64,000 nucleotides of DNA from Octopus sinensis. Lineage: Eukaryota. A model generated the notes under the pieces. The model made no database searches. It saw only the letters and a program-made list of their open reading frames with translations, and had not been told where the DNA came from. The DNA lies in assembly GCF_006345805.1 (NCBI RefSeq), contig NC_042997.1, forward strand, positions 26,040,001 through 26,104,000, given 5' to 3'. The translations under genes and the position numbers were made by a program. Positions within the stretch are counted from its first letter, which is position 1. Every line of letters begins with the position of its first letter. Of the stretch, positions 38,838 to 53,486 are shown piece by piece.

Positions 38838-39236
38838 TTTAGTATGTCTGTTTATGAAGTAGCTTCACCGCCCTATATTTTAGAGCCTTATCCAACAGAA
38901 GACACGAACCAATATGTTGTCAATCAGCTACTCACTCTCCCTAAATTTCACGTGAACGTTGTAGAGATGTAGCAACCGTTGAGGGATGGAATACTTTTTG
39001 GTTTTGTAGAAGAAATTCAGGTTTCTTTTGCTACGCAAATGATATGTCAATGAAGTCGGTTCACCAGGAAAAAAAAATACACGGTGATGGGTGGGCCCTA
39101 GCAACTGAAGCAATCGTGAGCGTTATATTTGTGTACAGTCGTTTTAATTGCCATAATGATATATATGTAATCCTCGACATCCACGACAACGATGACGACG
39201 ACGAGGGCATGACCACAATGATGATGATAATGACGG

Positions 39237-39279
<43 letters not shown>

Positions 39280-39436
39280 AATTGTGATTTTAGTAGAATG
39301 ATGACGATGACGATGTCGATAGATATGGTGTTGATGATGATGAGGGTAACGACGGCTACAAAGAAGATAATGGTAATGATCTCTAACAGCATTACAAGGC
39401 CAAACACCTACATAGAGGGCGGTATAGTCGATTAAA

Positions 39437-39667
39437 GGCGGCGAGCTGGCAGAGTCGTTAGCACGACGGGTGAAATGCTTAGCAGTATTTCGTCTGCCGC
39501 TACGTTCTGAGTTCAAATTCCGCCGAGGTCGACTTTGCCTTTCATCCTTTCAGGGTCGATTAAATAAGTACCAGTTATGCACTGGGGTCGATATAATCAA
39601 CTTAATCCGTTTGTCTGTCCTTGTTTGCCCCCTCTGTGTTTAGCCCCATGTGGGTAGTAAAGAAATA
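39437..39667 (+). mobile_element. SINE family A, full length
   Basis: 14-bp TSD GGTATAGTCGATTA (39421-39434, 39668-39681). Confidence 0.9.
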
Positions 39668-40178
39668 GGTATAGTCGATTACATAGATGGCAGGTGGTTG
39701 TTCCCCAAATAATTCCAAACTAATCAGCAGAAAAACTGAAATAGAGAGACAAAACCAGCGCAATTAGAAATCATTATCAAAGAGATAATAACTGGTTGTT
39801 AAAAAGCATTTTACTTCCGTAGCTTTACCAATTCTGTTAACTCATTGGATCAAATGATGGCTTAAGTCACAAACTTTAATCAGTTGTACATTAGAAGGAA
39901 CAGGTTCTTGCATTTCCTGGTGCATATTTTCTCTACTGTCAGGTGGATTGAGGATTAAAAGCAAAATTAACTTTGGGCGGGATTCAATCTCAGCAAACAG
40001 CCATGCAAAGACACCATGAAGCTGCCCGGATATTTAGCAATCAAGCAACTTATTATTACGATTGTTGAAGCTACTACTACTACTACTACTAATAATAATA
40101 ATAATAATAGTGCTGCTGCTGCTGTTGCTGCTACTGCTGCTGCTGTTGCTGCTGCTACTTGTAGTAGTAGTGGTGGTG

Positions 40179-40234
<56 letters not shown>

Positions 40235-40373
40235 GTGATGTATTAATAACAATGTCGTTCTTGTTTTACAGTCAGCCAAGCTTCTCTTACACACTGTTAA
40301 GTGCATTTTGTGTGTATACACACGCACATACACACACACGCACACATACACACATATACATAAACATATATAC

Positions 40374-40460
<87 letters not shown>

Positions 40461-41099
40461 CATACATACATACATACATATACATCCACGCACGCACGCA
40501 TACACACATAATTTTCATATGCATACGTACATCTGAACATAGATAGGCGCTTGTATGTATATATATATATATGTTTTTTGACGTATGTGTATATTTTTAC
40601 ATGTTATATTTCATTAGCTTCAGTGAGAGTGTATAGCAACTGGGATTGAAAATGAATCTAATTCTGTAATAAGAAATTCAATGTGTTTATAATCAAGAAC
40701 GCAAGTGATAACCGGATGTTGTAGCTGAGTGTTTGAGGGACGAAATTGGAATTGGCATCGACTTACCAACTATATTTATTTACAGAGTCTCCTGATAGCC
40801 AAGCCATTGTATCTTGCTGGCGCAGTATCATGTGACACGTTCGTTTGATAGAACCGTGTTTGCCTGCACACTGCGATAAGAGATAATCCATGGGCTTTTG
40901 ACAGAAGACCACAGAACTCGACAGAGCGAATCTGCGGATAAACATGGTGGCGTTTATGCTTGCTTGTCTCGTCCGGTCCACCTCTCCGGTCTCGTCTCTA
41001 AATGTTGGAATATTAGGAATTCACCGGGGGAACTCCCACAAACGTTAGACAATAATCTGCACATCACAGGTTTATTAGTGGAATTTTATACTGCGACTA

Positions 41100-42860
41100 G
41101 TGATGATGATGATAGAGGTGGTGGTGGTGGTGGTGGTGGTGGTATTCATTGTAGTGATGCTGATGATAATAGCTGTGTGATAGTGTGTCGGTAGTGGTGA
41201 TGATGGTGGTTAGGAACTGCTGATGTTGTTAGTGGTGTGGTTGCGGTACTGTATTATCGGTTGGATGCTGGTAATGGTATAGCAGTGGTGGTAGTCGTGG
41301 TGATGGTGATGGTGGTAGTATTGTGGACACACAGAACATTATCGCGGTGGCGGTGGTTCTGGTGGCCATTGTGATAGTGGTTGTGGTGACGGTTGTGCAA
41401 GTGGTTGTGGCGGTGGTTGTGGTGGTAGTTGTGGCAGTGGTCCTGGTGGCCATTGTGATAGTGGTTGTGGTGACGGTTGTGCAAGTGGTTGTGGCGGTGG
41501 TTGTGGTGGTGGTTGTGGCAGTGGTTCTGGTGGCCATTGTGATAGTGGTTGTGGTGACGGTTGTGCAAGTGGTTGTGGTGGTGGTTGTGGTTTTGGTTTT
41601 GGTGGCTATTGTGATGGTTGTGGCAGCGGTTGTGAGGATTGTGGCGGATGTTGTAGTGGTGGTTGTTGCAGTGGTTGTGGTGGCTGTTGTGATGATTGTG
41701 GCACCGGCTATGGTTGTGGTGGTGGTTGTTGCAGTGGTTGTGGTGGCTGTTGTGATGGTTGTGGTAGCGGTTGTGGTGGTAGTTGTGGCAGTGGTCCTGG
41801 TGGCCATTGTGATAGTGGTTGTGGTGACGGTTGTGCAAGTGGTTGTGGTGGTGGTTGTGGCAGTGGTTCTGGTGGCCATTGTGATAGTGGTTGTGGTGAC
41901 GGTTGTGCAAGTGGTTGTGGTGGTGGTTGTTGCAGTGGTTGTGGTGGTGGTTGTAGCTGCATTGGTTGTTGGTGGCAGTGATTGTAGTGATAATGGCATA
42001 GGTAGCTCTGGTGCTTATTCTGGTCTTCATTATTGCGATGATGATGATGGATGTTGTAGTCATAGTAGTAATTATAGTGTTCACAAGTGTTATAATGGTG
42101 GTAGTTGTGATAGTGATGATAGAAATGATGTTGATGATGACAACGACGAAACGATGACGACGGTGGTGACAGCAAAAATGACGACGACGGCGAGTTTGAT
42201 CACGACGATGATGATAGTTGTGATGATGGAGGCGGCGACTACGACAATAAATTATGACGACGACGACGACGGTGGTGGTGGTGGAGGTGGTGGTGGTGGT
42301 GATGATGGTGGTGGTGGTGGTGGTAGTGGTTGTGGTGGTGGTGGTGGTGGTGGTGGAGGTGGTGATGATGATGATGGTGATGGTGACGATGATAATGGTG
42401 ATTATGATGGCGGCAGTGACAGTGGTGGTGGCGGTGGTGGTTGTTGTGGTGGTGGTGGTGGTGGTGGTGGTGGTTTTGGTAGTGGTTGTGGTGGTGGTGG
42501 TGGTGGTGGTGGTGGAGGTGGTGATGATGATGGTGATGGTGACGATGATAATGATGATTATGATGGCGGTGGTGGTGGTAGTGATGGTGGTGGTGGCGGT
42601 GGTAGTGATGGTGGTGGTGGCGGTGGTGGTGGTGGTGGTGGTGGTGGTGGCGGTGATGATGGTTGTGGTTGTGGTGGTGGTGGTGGTGGTGGTGGAGGTG
42701 GTGATGATGATGGTGATGGTGACCATGATAATGATGATTATGATGGCGCCGGTGACAGTGGTGGTGGTGGTGGCGGTGGTGGTTGTGGTGGTGGTGGTGA
42801 TGGTGGTGGTGGTGGTGGTGAAGGTGGTGGTGAAGGTGGTGGTGGTGAAGGTTATAGTAA
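41100..42860. repeat. Compound NNT/NNC triplet mosaic with higher-order repeats; coding status uncertain
   Basis: Five copies of a roughly 55-nt core (spacings 84, 84, 270, 72 nt), then three Gly/Asp units; several frames open. Confidence 0.85.
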
Positions 42861-43279
42861 ATGAATCTGTTGGCGGCAGGGATATTGATGACTGCTTTGG
42901 TAGTTAGTGTTTGTCATGATGGTGGTCCGTTTGGCGGCGATTTGGGATGTTAATGGCAGAATAGGTGTCGAAGAGGTGGACGGGCGGGCCGGCGGTTGGT
43001 GCTGATTGTAGAGGCGATGCTCGTGGCATGAGCAGAGATGATGAGTAAGAAAAGTAGAAGGCTAGTAGTAACAGACTGTAAGTGAATGAATGGTAAGAGA
43101 GGTGTTTGGGGAAACAATAGGATAAAGATTAGCATCAAACCAAACTCAGTACTTTTGATTCCACATTCGATCGCATTTCCAGACACTGAACGACAGAAAT
43201 AAAGAGGAACACCGCAATAAAAACAGAAAAAAGACACAACAACGACGGTAACGAATACAATAACAGCAAGACTATAAGC

Positions 43280-43283
43280 ATCG

Positions 43284-43347
<64 letters not shown>

Positions 43348-43779
43348 CAATAGCAATAAGAAGAATAGTAATGATGATGATGATGATGATGATGATGATA
43401 ATAATAATAATAATAATATAATAATAATAATAATGATAATAACTACAACAATAACAATAAGAAGAATAGTAATGATGATGATGATGGTGATAATAATAAT
43501 AATAATAATAATAACAACAACAACAACAATAATAATAATAATAATAATAATAACTACAACAATAACAATAAGAAGAATAGTAATGATGATGATGATGGTG
43601 ATAATAATAATAATAATAATAATAACAACAACAACAATAATAATAATAATAACAACAATAACAATAAGAAGAATAGTAATGATGATGATGATGATGATAA
43701 CAATAACAATAATAAATAATAATAATAATAATAATAATATAATAATAATAATAATAATAATAACAACAACAACAATAAT

Positions 43780-43862
<83 letters not shown>

Positions 43863-43880
43863 TAATAATAATAATGGTAA
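43280..43880. repeat. (AAT)n/(AAC)n/(GAT)n mosaic with internal duplications
   Basis: AATAAGAAGAATAGTAATGATGAT repeated 4 times. Confidence 0.9.
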
Positions 43881-44167
43881 CAACAACTACAGAAAGCTTA
43901 TGTTTAAAGTAACAGACTCCAAGACAACAATAGCAAACGCAATAAGACTATATGAATGATAACAGCAACGTAAAAGATAATTTGATGCAGTACTACATTC
44001 GGCTTAACGACTGCCGATTTTAATCTGTAGCTAGAATCATTATGCGTGTGTGACTCTGTGTGTGTGTGTACGTGTGTGTGTGTGTGAGTGTGTGTGTTTG
44101 TGTATGTGGTTGTATTTATGTGTGTGCTTCTGTGTGCCTGTATACACACATATATATATATATATAG

Positions 44168-44232
<65 letters not shown>

Positions 44233-44300
44233 GCGTGTGTAAGGATTAATCTGTGTGTATTTATGTATGTACGAATATATATAAATTTAAATATATCTAT

Positions 44301-44343
<43 letters not shown>

Positions 44344-44347
44344 ATAA

Positions 44348-44378
<31 letters not shown>

Positions 44379-44409
44379 TAAAGAGAGAGAGAGAGAGAGG
44401 GAAAGTGAG

Positions 44410-45300
44410 AGAGGGAAATATGCGTGGCTGCGTTGTAGGAAGTTTGCTTTCCAACCTGAACTTCCGGATTCAGTCCCTTGGGCATGGCCGTCCAAAGTCT
44501 TGTGAGGAGATATAGTAGACGGAAACTGAAAGAAGCTTGTCGTATATAATATATATTATATATATATATATATACAAACTTGAACAGGATTCGAATAATC
44601 CTATCAGGTGGTGTTATTAAGTCAGACATGGCCTGGACCAATCTTTGGTCGAAACATATCTAAGTTATCTAAGTTATATATATATATATATATATATACG
44701 ACAACCCGCTGTTTTTGTCCTGTTTTTACCATTATTGTTTTTTGTATTTTATATTCGTGTGGCATCGTCCGTTTTTCTGTCCCTGTTTCGTATACGTTCG
44801 ATCCTTCTTCCAAGAAATCTAATGCTCGTAGCTTAGTTTTTCCTTGGGGCTGGCCGGATGGGAGCGATCTCAAGATTAATCAACCGAAATTGCTAGGATG
44901 ATCCGGTTCTTGACTGAAGATTGAAGGCTTCGAATGTCCCGTCCGTGTTTTTTGTATCGTCTTCTAAATGTTTTACGTTCTTGTCCCAGTTTGTATTTTT
45001 CTACATATAATATATATATATATACAAATACATATATATGCATATATATACATACATACATACATACATACATACATACATACATACATACATACATACA
45101 TACTTACATACATACATACATACATACGATGTATATGTATATGTGTGTGTGAGACTGTGTTTGTCCCGCCTCCACCATTTCTTGACAACCGACGGTGGTG
45201 TGTTTACGTCCCATAACTTAGCGGTTCGGCAAAAGAAACCGTTAGAATAAGTACTAGGTTTACGAAGTATAAATCCTGAGGTCGATTTCTTCGACTAAAT
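44410..45300 (+). mobile_element. SINE family B split by insertions into its internal microsatellite
   Basis: Head 44410-44545, tail 45140-45300, foreign sequence between. Confidence 0.65.
44700..45005 (+). repeat. Unclassified interspersed repeat (matches 4575-4750)
   Basis: CCGAAATTGCTAGGATGATCCGGTTCTTGACTGAAGA. Confidence 0.6.
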
Positions 45301-45539
45301 TCATTTTAGAAGACTGCTGAAATAAATTGATTGGTCCACATATAACTTCCCAACGTACTTTTTTTCTCTGGTAAGTTACGCTCATCTCACATAAATGCAA
45401 ATTTAATGTACAAATTTGTAATTAAATTATTGAGTATTAATTGAAACGGCTGTAAGAAGTGAAGATGGCCAATTTGTTGATAATAAATAACTATTAACGT
45501 CCTTATGTCCTTATTTCCATTTTCTTTTCTTCTTTTAAC

Positions 45540-45599
<60 letters not shown>

Positions 45600-45908
45600 A
45601 TGTGTATGTATGTATGTATGTATGTATGTATGTATGTATGTATGTATGTATGTATGTATTTATCTATGTGTACAATATAATGAGAAATGCGGAAAGTTTT
45701 GAGAAGCTTTATATTTCGGGTGCAAAACCTATCTTCAGAAGGATACTGTCAAAGTAATGTCAATTTCCCGAATGATACTGACCTCGCTTTATTCCAGTGC
45801 TTATGCGACCAGCAGCAGCTTTCCAAATGGTGTCGATGGTATATAAGTACATTACACACACACAAACACACACACAAATAAACACACACAAACACACACA
45901 CACACATT

Positions 45909-45942
<34 letters not shown>

Positions 45943-46589
45943 TGTATGTATGTATGTATGCATGTATGTATCTATGTTTGTATGCATGTACGTATGTATA
46001 TATGTATGTTTGTATATATGTGTGTATGCATATGTATGTATAATTATGTGTGTGCGTGTATGTACACATACGCACACACACACGTATATATATATGCATA
46101 TGTGTGTGTATTTTAGAAATTCCGAGGAAACTCTAAGGTGATGCACAAGCACTCAGTCCTGAGTGGACTGTATGTATAGCAGAAACAGCTGTTAGCTAAT
46201 GTAGTTAATTGCATAATTTTCTGCTCTTTTATCATATATTTCATTTTATAAATACATACATATAAGGTTGACTATTTACTCTGCATTTCGCCTCGAGCTG
46301 CGTTGTTCCGGTCTCTAGGTTGGATTAAAATGTTTCAAATTTGTATTAGGTTCGATTGGCAATACACTTGTTTTCTATGGGCGAGATGACAAATGTATTT
46401 GAAAGTTCATTTAACGATTTGGCGATTGTATTAGAATGTAGTTTTAATGTGTGTATATACTGTGAAATTTTTGATATTCTATACACAGGAAATCAATGTA
46501 ATCAGTACCTCGAGCAATGTTTTGATGTGCAATGTTTTGATGTGCTTTAGAGCACTTATATTTCTATGTATGTATACCAAATGATCAAA

Positions 46590-46810
46590 ACGTCCTTCCC
46601 GAGCCACGGACTCATAATGCTCGTTACCCGGATTTCATGATGTTTATATTTATCCTTGGACGGCATCCGGTTCAACGCAGGATTACTCATATTTTCTTGC
46701 TAAATGGACTGGAGTAACATGAAAGGAAGTGTTTTCGCTCAAGAACACAACTTATAGCCCATTTCAAGAATCGAAATCACAAAATTATGACCGTGAGCGC
46801 AACACCCCCA
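46590..46810 (-). mobile_element. Degraded tRNA-SINE
   Basis: GCTCAAGAACACAAC and GAATCGAAATC (B box reverse complement) as in families C/D. Confidence 0.5.
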
Positions 46811-46832
46811 ACGTTTAAGCCATGTGTCTACG

Positions 46833-46878
<46 letters not shown>

Positions 46879-48226
46879 CACTCAATTCCATTTCTCATTA
46901 TTCGTCTTCATTTGTCCGTATGTCCTCACTCATCAATTATCATGCGCTAATTGCACTTTTTCCTCCATTCCACATCTGAGTTACCTCTCCATGTAGTTCT
47001 CGTGTTTTCTCCCACAAATTCTCTCTTATTCCTAATATCACTTCCTCTCTTTCTCTTTCTGTAATCCCGCTCTTTATTAGGTAACTGCTGACAATTTCAT
47101 GATCTCTGCCATCGTTCTATTCATCTGCTTATCACTATTATACATACACTCGTTCATATATACACACAGACATAGCATAGTATACATATATACATATATG
47201 TGTATGTGAATGTGTGCGTGTGTGTGTGTATATTTATTATACATATATATATATATGCGTATGTCTTGCTTATGTGTCTGTGTGTTTGTGTGCGCGTGTG
47301 TCTGTGTGTATGTGTGTTAAATTCCAATGAATTTAATTTGCTTTTCTATTACTATTTGGAAAAGCAATTATTATCACTACTTCTCTTGACACCTGTAGTC
47401 ACATGCCTAACCAGTTCGCTCTTAGGTGATTTGTATCTAACCATCGGTGATGTATAGTACCAAAGACCAACACATTTAATACTTAGCGCCGAAGTCTACC
47501 TCGTTCCAGGAACATAATGCAGAGTTGTACCAACCCCTGTAAGCAAAAGCAGTTTTATAGCTATGATGTATATTTAGTCGATCTACTCAAGGTAACTGAA
47601 AAACATATTACATTTCTTTAACCAAATTTTTTGCCTCAACCACGGTCAAGTATATTTATTAATTGTTTAACACTAATAATACTTAAGAAAAAATTTTTGC
47701 ACAAAATATTTTACGTAAATATTTATAATCTTCATTTATATGTCAATTTTTAAAATTATTCTGTAGCTAAAATTTTATGCATATAGAACACACATCATTC
47801 AATTCATATCCTCTTCCATTGACCAATATCATTCAGAAAAGTATGAGAGTCATTCAATCACATTAATGCCCCTCTAAGTTCTGTATCTCGCAATATATTT
47901 AAAAATAGGAAACAAAAACTATATAATGATACAAAATGAATTTTTCTATAACATTATTGATCTTTGTTTTAGCTTTATTACGTTTATATATTTATCAATA
48001 CCATGTGTGTATCGTTAGTTTGCTTCACTCTGGTTTCTTTTTTTAAAAACATTTCTTAACCGTTAATCCGATTATAGGATTAAACTGTTGTTGGTACAAT
48101 CTTCAATTTCCTTGACGCAATATACTACCCTTTAAAAACGATTTCTACTTGTCCAATCATTAATCCGGTCTTATAAACGGATAGGTATATGGTTAAATAC
48201 ATGTGCGTGCATGTTTGCTTTCATAT

Positions 48227-48257
<31 letters not shown>

Positions 48258-48350
48258 TTGTGTAAGCATATATGTGTGTATTTTCTGAAGGTGCCCACAT
48301 GCAAACATAGGTATACATGAATAAATGAATAAGCATATATATATATATAG

Positions 48351-48389
<39 letters not shown>

Positions 48390-48413
48390 ATATAGTATAT
48401 ACATACATACATA

Positions 48414-48459
<46 letters not shown>

Positions 48460-48479
48460 GGGTGAGATGAATGTCTGCG

Positions 48480-48518
<39 letters not shown>

Positions 48519-48770
48519 AGCTTGTGTGTATGCACTGCTATACAACCGAATGTGTGATAATACGTTTCTTTGTGTTCGTATGAGACAATTCATAGAATAC
48601 TGAAGGGTCTGGCGATTACTTTTCTCTTTTCATTCAACTTCTGCAATGTTTGACAAAATCAGACACTTTCAAACCCATATAATGAACTTTTGAATGAAAG
48701 ACTACGAAAACTACATATATTTGCGCGTGTGTATGTGCATGTGTGTATGTGTTTGTGTGTGTTTATGCTT

Positions 48771-48819
<49 letters not shown>

Positions 48820-48891
48820 ATATATATTTATAGTTATATATGCGTATATGCGCACATATATACACATACATATGTTTATATACATGTATAT

Positions 48892-48932
<41 letters not shown>

Positions 48933-49042
48933 ATATATGTGTGTATGTATGTGTATATAGATAGGTATACATACTTATATATATAAAAACATAGGTCTCT
49001 CTTTCTCTATTTATGTATATATATATATATATATACACACAT

Positions 49043-49446
49043 GGAGTGGCTGTGTGTAAGTAGCTTGCTAACCAACCACATAGTCCGGGTCAATCCCACT
49101 GCGTGGCATCTTGGGCAAGTGTCTTATACTATAGCCCCGGGCCCGACCAATGCCTTGTGAGTGGATTTGGTAGACGGAAACTGAAAGAAGCCTGTCGTAT
49201 ATATGTATATATATATAGTGTGTGCGTATTGTTTGTATGTTTGTGTGTTTGTCCCCTAGCATCGCTTCACAACCGATGCTGGTGTGTTTACGGTCCCCGT
49301 CACTTAGCGGTTCGGCAAAGAGACCGATAGAATAAGTACTGGGCTTACAAAGAATAAGTCCCGGGGTTGATTTGCTCGACTAAGGCGGTGCTCAGCATGG
49401 CCGCAGTCAAATGACTGAAACAAGTAAAAGAGTAAAAGAGTAAGAG
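49043..49446 (+). mobile_element. SINE family B
   Basis: Head and GTAAAAGA tail. Confidence 0.9.
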
Positions 49447-49894
49447 TATATACATATATATATGTATGCTTATGTATATGTATATTTATGTGTGTGTGTG
49501 TGTGTATACGTATATACATACCATACTCACAGATACGCAAAAAGCACAGATACATACAAAACGATAAAAATTCTTGGAAAAAAACTAGTGGAATAAAAGT
49601 TCCCGTCATTACATTTTTCCTGTCCGTGTATTTACCTAGAAGATTATGGACTTTGGTCTTTTCACAACTTAATCTCCCTACAAGAATGGTTCCTTCCAGG
49701 AATCAGCAAGGATATTTCTTCTCTGTTTTTCTTCATGGCATGTCGCTATTTCATTTCATTATTTATCATGTTCTTGTATACGCCTGCTCCTGCTTCCTTC
49801 CAATCTTTTATTTATTTTTTTTTTCGATTTCTTATTTTTATGTTACTCGATTAGGATTATGTGTATATGTATGTGTGTGTGTTTTTACTCTCTC

Positions 49895-50098
49895 TCTCTC
49901 TCTCTTTCTCTCCTTCTATGACTCCCTCTCTCTCTCTCTCTTTCTCTCCTTCTATGACTCCCTCTCTCTCTCTCTTTCTCTCTTTCTATGACTCCCTCTC
50001 TCTCTCTTTCTTTCCTTCTATGACTCCCTCTCTCTCTTTCTCTCCTTCTATGACTCCTCTCTCTCTTTCTCTCCTTCTATGACTCCCTCTCTCTCTCT
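49895..50098. repeat. CT-rich minisatellite (TTCTATGACTCC-(CT)n units, 7 copies)
   Basis: Directly visible, unit about 25-35 bp. Confidence 0.9.
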
Positions 50099-51223
50099 AT
50101 GTGTATCTATGTCTTTACTGAGGATTAAATGAACTTTTAGACCACACCACAAAATCTCAGATGTGGTTTTGTTACACCGACTATCATATGTTATCCGATT
50201 GTTCTGATGTTGCTAATCCAAAACGCAAAACCAAAAACCACAAACAAACAAACAACAGTAAAGCAAAAAGGTAAATAAAAGAGAAAAAAGAATGAACATA
50301 AAAAAAAAATCACCAATATAAGCATAAAGTAATACATATTGACCAACTGATTGCTATATTTGAAAGCCTACTCTCCAACAAACTCAAACACATAGCCATT
50401 TGGGACAATCTTTAAATGCCATATGTGTGCATGGATCGATAGATGGATTTGTTGCGGAAATACCACAAGACGAAACTTAAGACAAATTGTTAAATACTTG
50501 AGAAAAAATATCAATTAATACTCGGCTGTTTAATTTCACTTGCTCTCACAGTTCCCTCCTTTGTACTCTCTACCCCTCTGTTCTCAACTCTCTGCCCCTC
50601 TTTTTCTTTACTATCTCTCTCTTCCTCTCTCTCTCTTTCGCACACGCTATTTCACATTCAGTTTTACTGTTATCATCTATCTACTTTTGCTCTTCCCTAA
50701 TATCCTTTCTTCAATCTCTATTCTACCTCTCCCATTATTTACACGCACACATAGACGCATACACACACACACACACACACACGCATACACACACACACAT
50801 TCACTCACTCACTCTCATATGTATTTTTGTATACTGGAATATTTTCACGTGAACGTGTATGTATTGTATATAATGTATATAAGTATTTATAGAAATATCT
50901 GTGTATCTTTCTCTTTACACACATACACACATATACACGCTTTCACTCACCCTCTCTCTCACATACACGCACACATACATATATATATATAAAATATATA
51001 CAATTACACTCAAAGAATATACAAGTATACAAAGAGAGTAAAACAAATTAATAGCCTAAGTAATTATCATAACTTAAATAAAAACGAGTTAAGAAAAATA
51101 TTTCAGAGTGATCTGTAGCGTCTATATGAGAATCTTAGGTAAAAATAAGGGTACATCAAATACCATGCAATAAACTTCTTCGTTTGTTAAATGTATATAC
51201 CTTTCTAGAGGATATTTCGCAAG

Positions 51224-51700
51224 GGCGTAGGAGTGGCTGTGTGGTAAGTAGCGTGCTTACCACACAAAGCTACTCTTTGTAATGCCTCTAAGGCAAATCT
51301 TTATGAAATAAAGTAGCTTGCTTACTGACCACTGAGTGGCACATTGGGAAATGTCTTCTACTATAGCCTCGGGCCGACCAAAGCCTTGTGAATAGATTTG
51401 GTAGACAGAAACTGAAAGAAGCCCGTCGTATATATATTATTATATATATATATATATTATATATTATATATTATATAATATTATATATATATATATATAC
51501 ATATGTGTGTGTGTGTATGTGCTTGAGTGTCTTCGTTTGTCCCCCCAACATCGCTTGACAACCGATGCTGGTGTGTTTACGTCCCCGTAACTAAGCGGTT
51601 CGGCAAAAGATTAAGTCCTGGGGTCGATTTGCTCGACTAAAGGTGGTGCTCCAGCATGGCCACAGTCAAATTACCGAAACAAGTAAAAGAGTAAAAGAGT
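51224..51700 (+). mobile_element. SINE family B, rearranged head
   Basis: Head, internal (TA)n(TG)n and tail present. Confidence 0.8.
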
Positions 51701-52288
51701 AACTAACAAAAGGCAATTGAAATCTATTTTTGCAGATGTTTATGTCTTTTGGCTGCCAGAAACATGATAGAACAAATGTCATGCTAATAATGCCATTAGA
51801 GGCAGAAAAACGTATTCCCAACTCACATCTTATCTCCAGACAATAACTCTGTCCGTTTTTGATGGCATGCCCAATTTGCAGAAGTCTTGAATTTTAAGCT
51901 TATATTCTCTTTTCATGTTCGGGTGGTCTCAATTAGTATTTAGCAACCGAGGCAAATTCCCTCAAAGTGGAGACATTTTTAATAGATCATAAATATATTT
52001 TGCACGGCATTTGATAATTTACCAATACTTTTTGATATACATGCTCCTGGCCACCATAATATTAGATATCCGCTGCTTAAGTTTATTCCTATATTTTAAA
52101 TATAATTAATTTCTAATTAATTCTAATGGATTCATGTACATTTTCAGGTTCATTTCTTCTATTCCTCTACTTGTATGGTTTAATAACAATTAAAATATAT
52201 ATATATATACATATATTTAATATTTTGGGATTAATGTCGGAGTATGTTTTCGTTGGATCTACTTCAAGAATTTCGCAATGTTAGATGA

Positions 52289-52790
<502 letters not shown>

Positions 52791-52940
52791 AAAAACATTC
52801 CATCTGGTGACGAATAAATATTACTTATTCTACACATAATATTGCATAAAGATAGCAGACTTGTTATAAAATGTTGTCCTAGTCTTTTGCATCGCATGAA
52901 ATTATTAGTATCTCATTAGGATATATATATATATATATAG

Positions 52941-53023
<83 letters not shown>

Positions 53024-53273
53024 AATAATTACTGTGAAGCATTGTTGTTTAGAATATATTGTATAAAAGATCGTGGGTAAGGTCAAAACAATGCGAGGGA
53101 AATGCAAGGCAAATCATCGGCACATCGGCAACATTCGTCAATTTCTTGAAAAGGGGGTCATAACCCCGAAATAGTGAATGCAAAGTAAGTCTACATTAAT
53201 TCGCATACTTGTTTTCTTGTGATTTACCTTGCAGTTTTTTCGCATTCTTTTGGCATTAGCGACGATTTTTTAT

Positions 53274-53370
<97 letters not shown>

Positions 53371-53486
53371 TATATTTGTGTGTGTGTGTATGTATATATA
53401 TATATATATATATATAATTGTTAGAAGGTAGTAATTCGAGGAATATGTAGAAAAAAGGAAATGGCTGATATAATTTTCAAATTAAA

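Noticed and set aside
41323-42907. 513-aa and 217-aa Val-rich ORFs and the 490-aa Thr/His/Asn minus-strand ORF taken as single genes
   Set aside because: Composition flips mid-ORF at frameshift points of the triplet mosaic, so they are by-products of low complexity
44895-44945. CTGAAGA...CGAA in the 4575/44700 repeat as a hammerhead
   Set aside because: No feasible stem II and only GAA in both copies
49895-50098. Regularly spaced repeats as a CRISPR-like array
   Set aside because: Spacers are (CT)n, not unique; eukaryotic minisatellite with no cas genes
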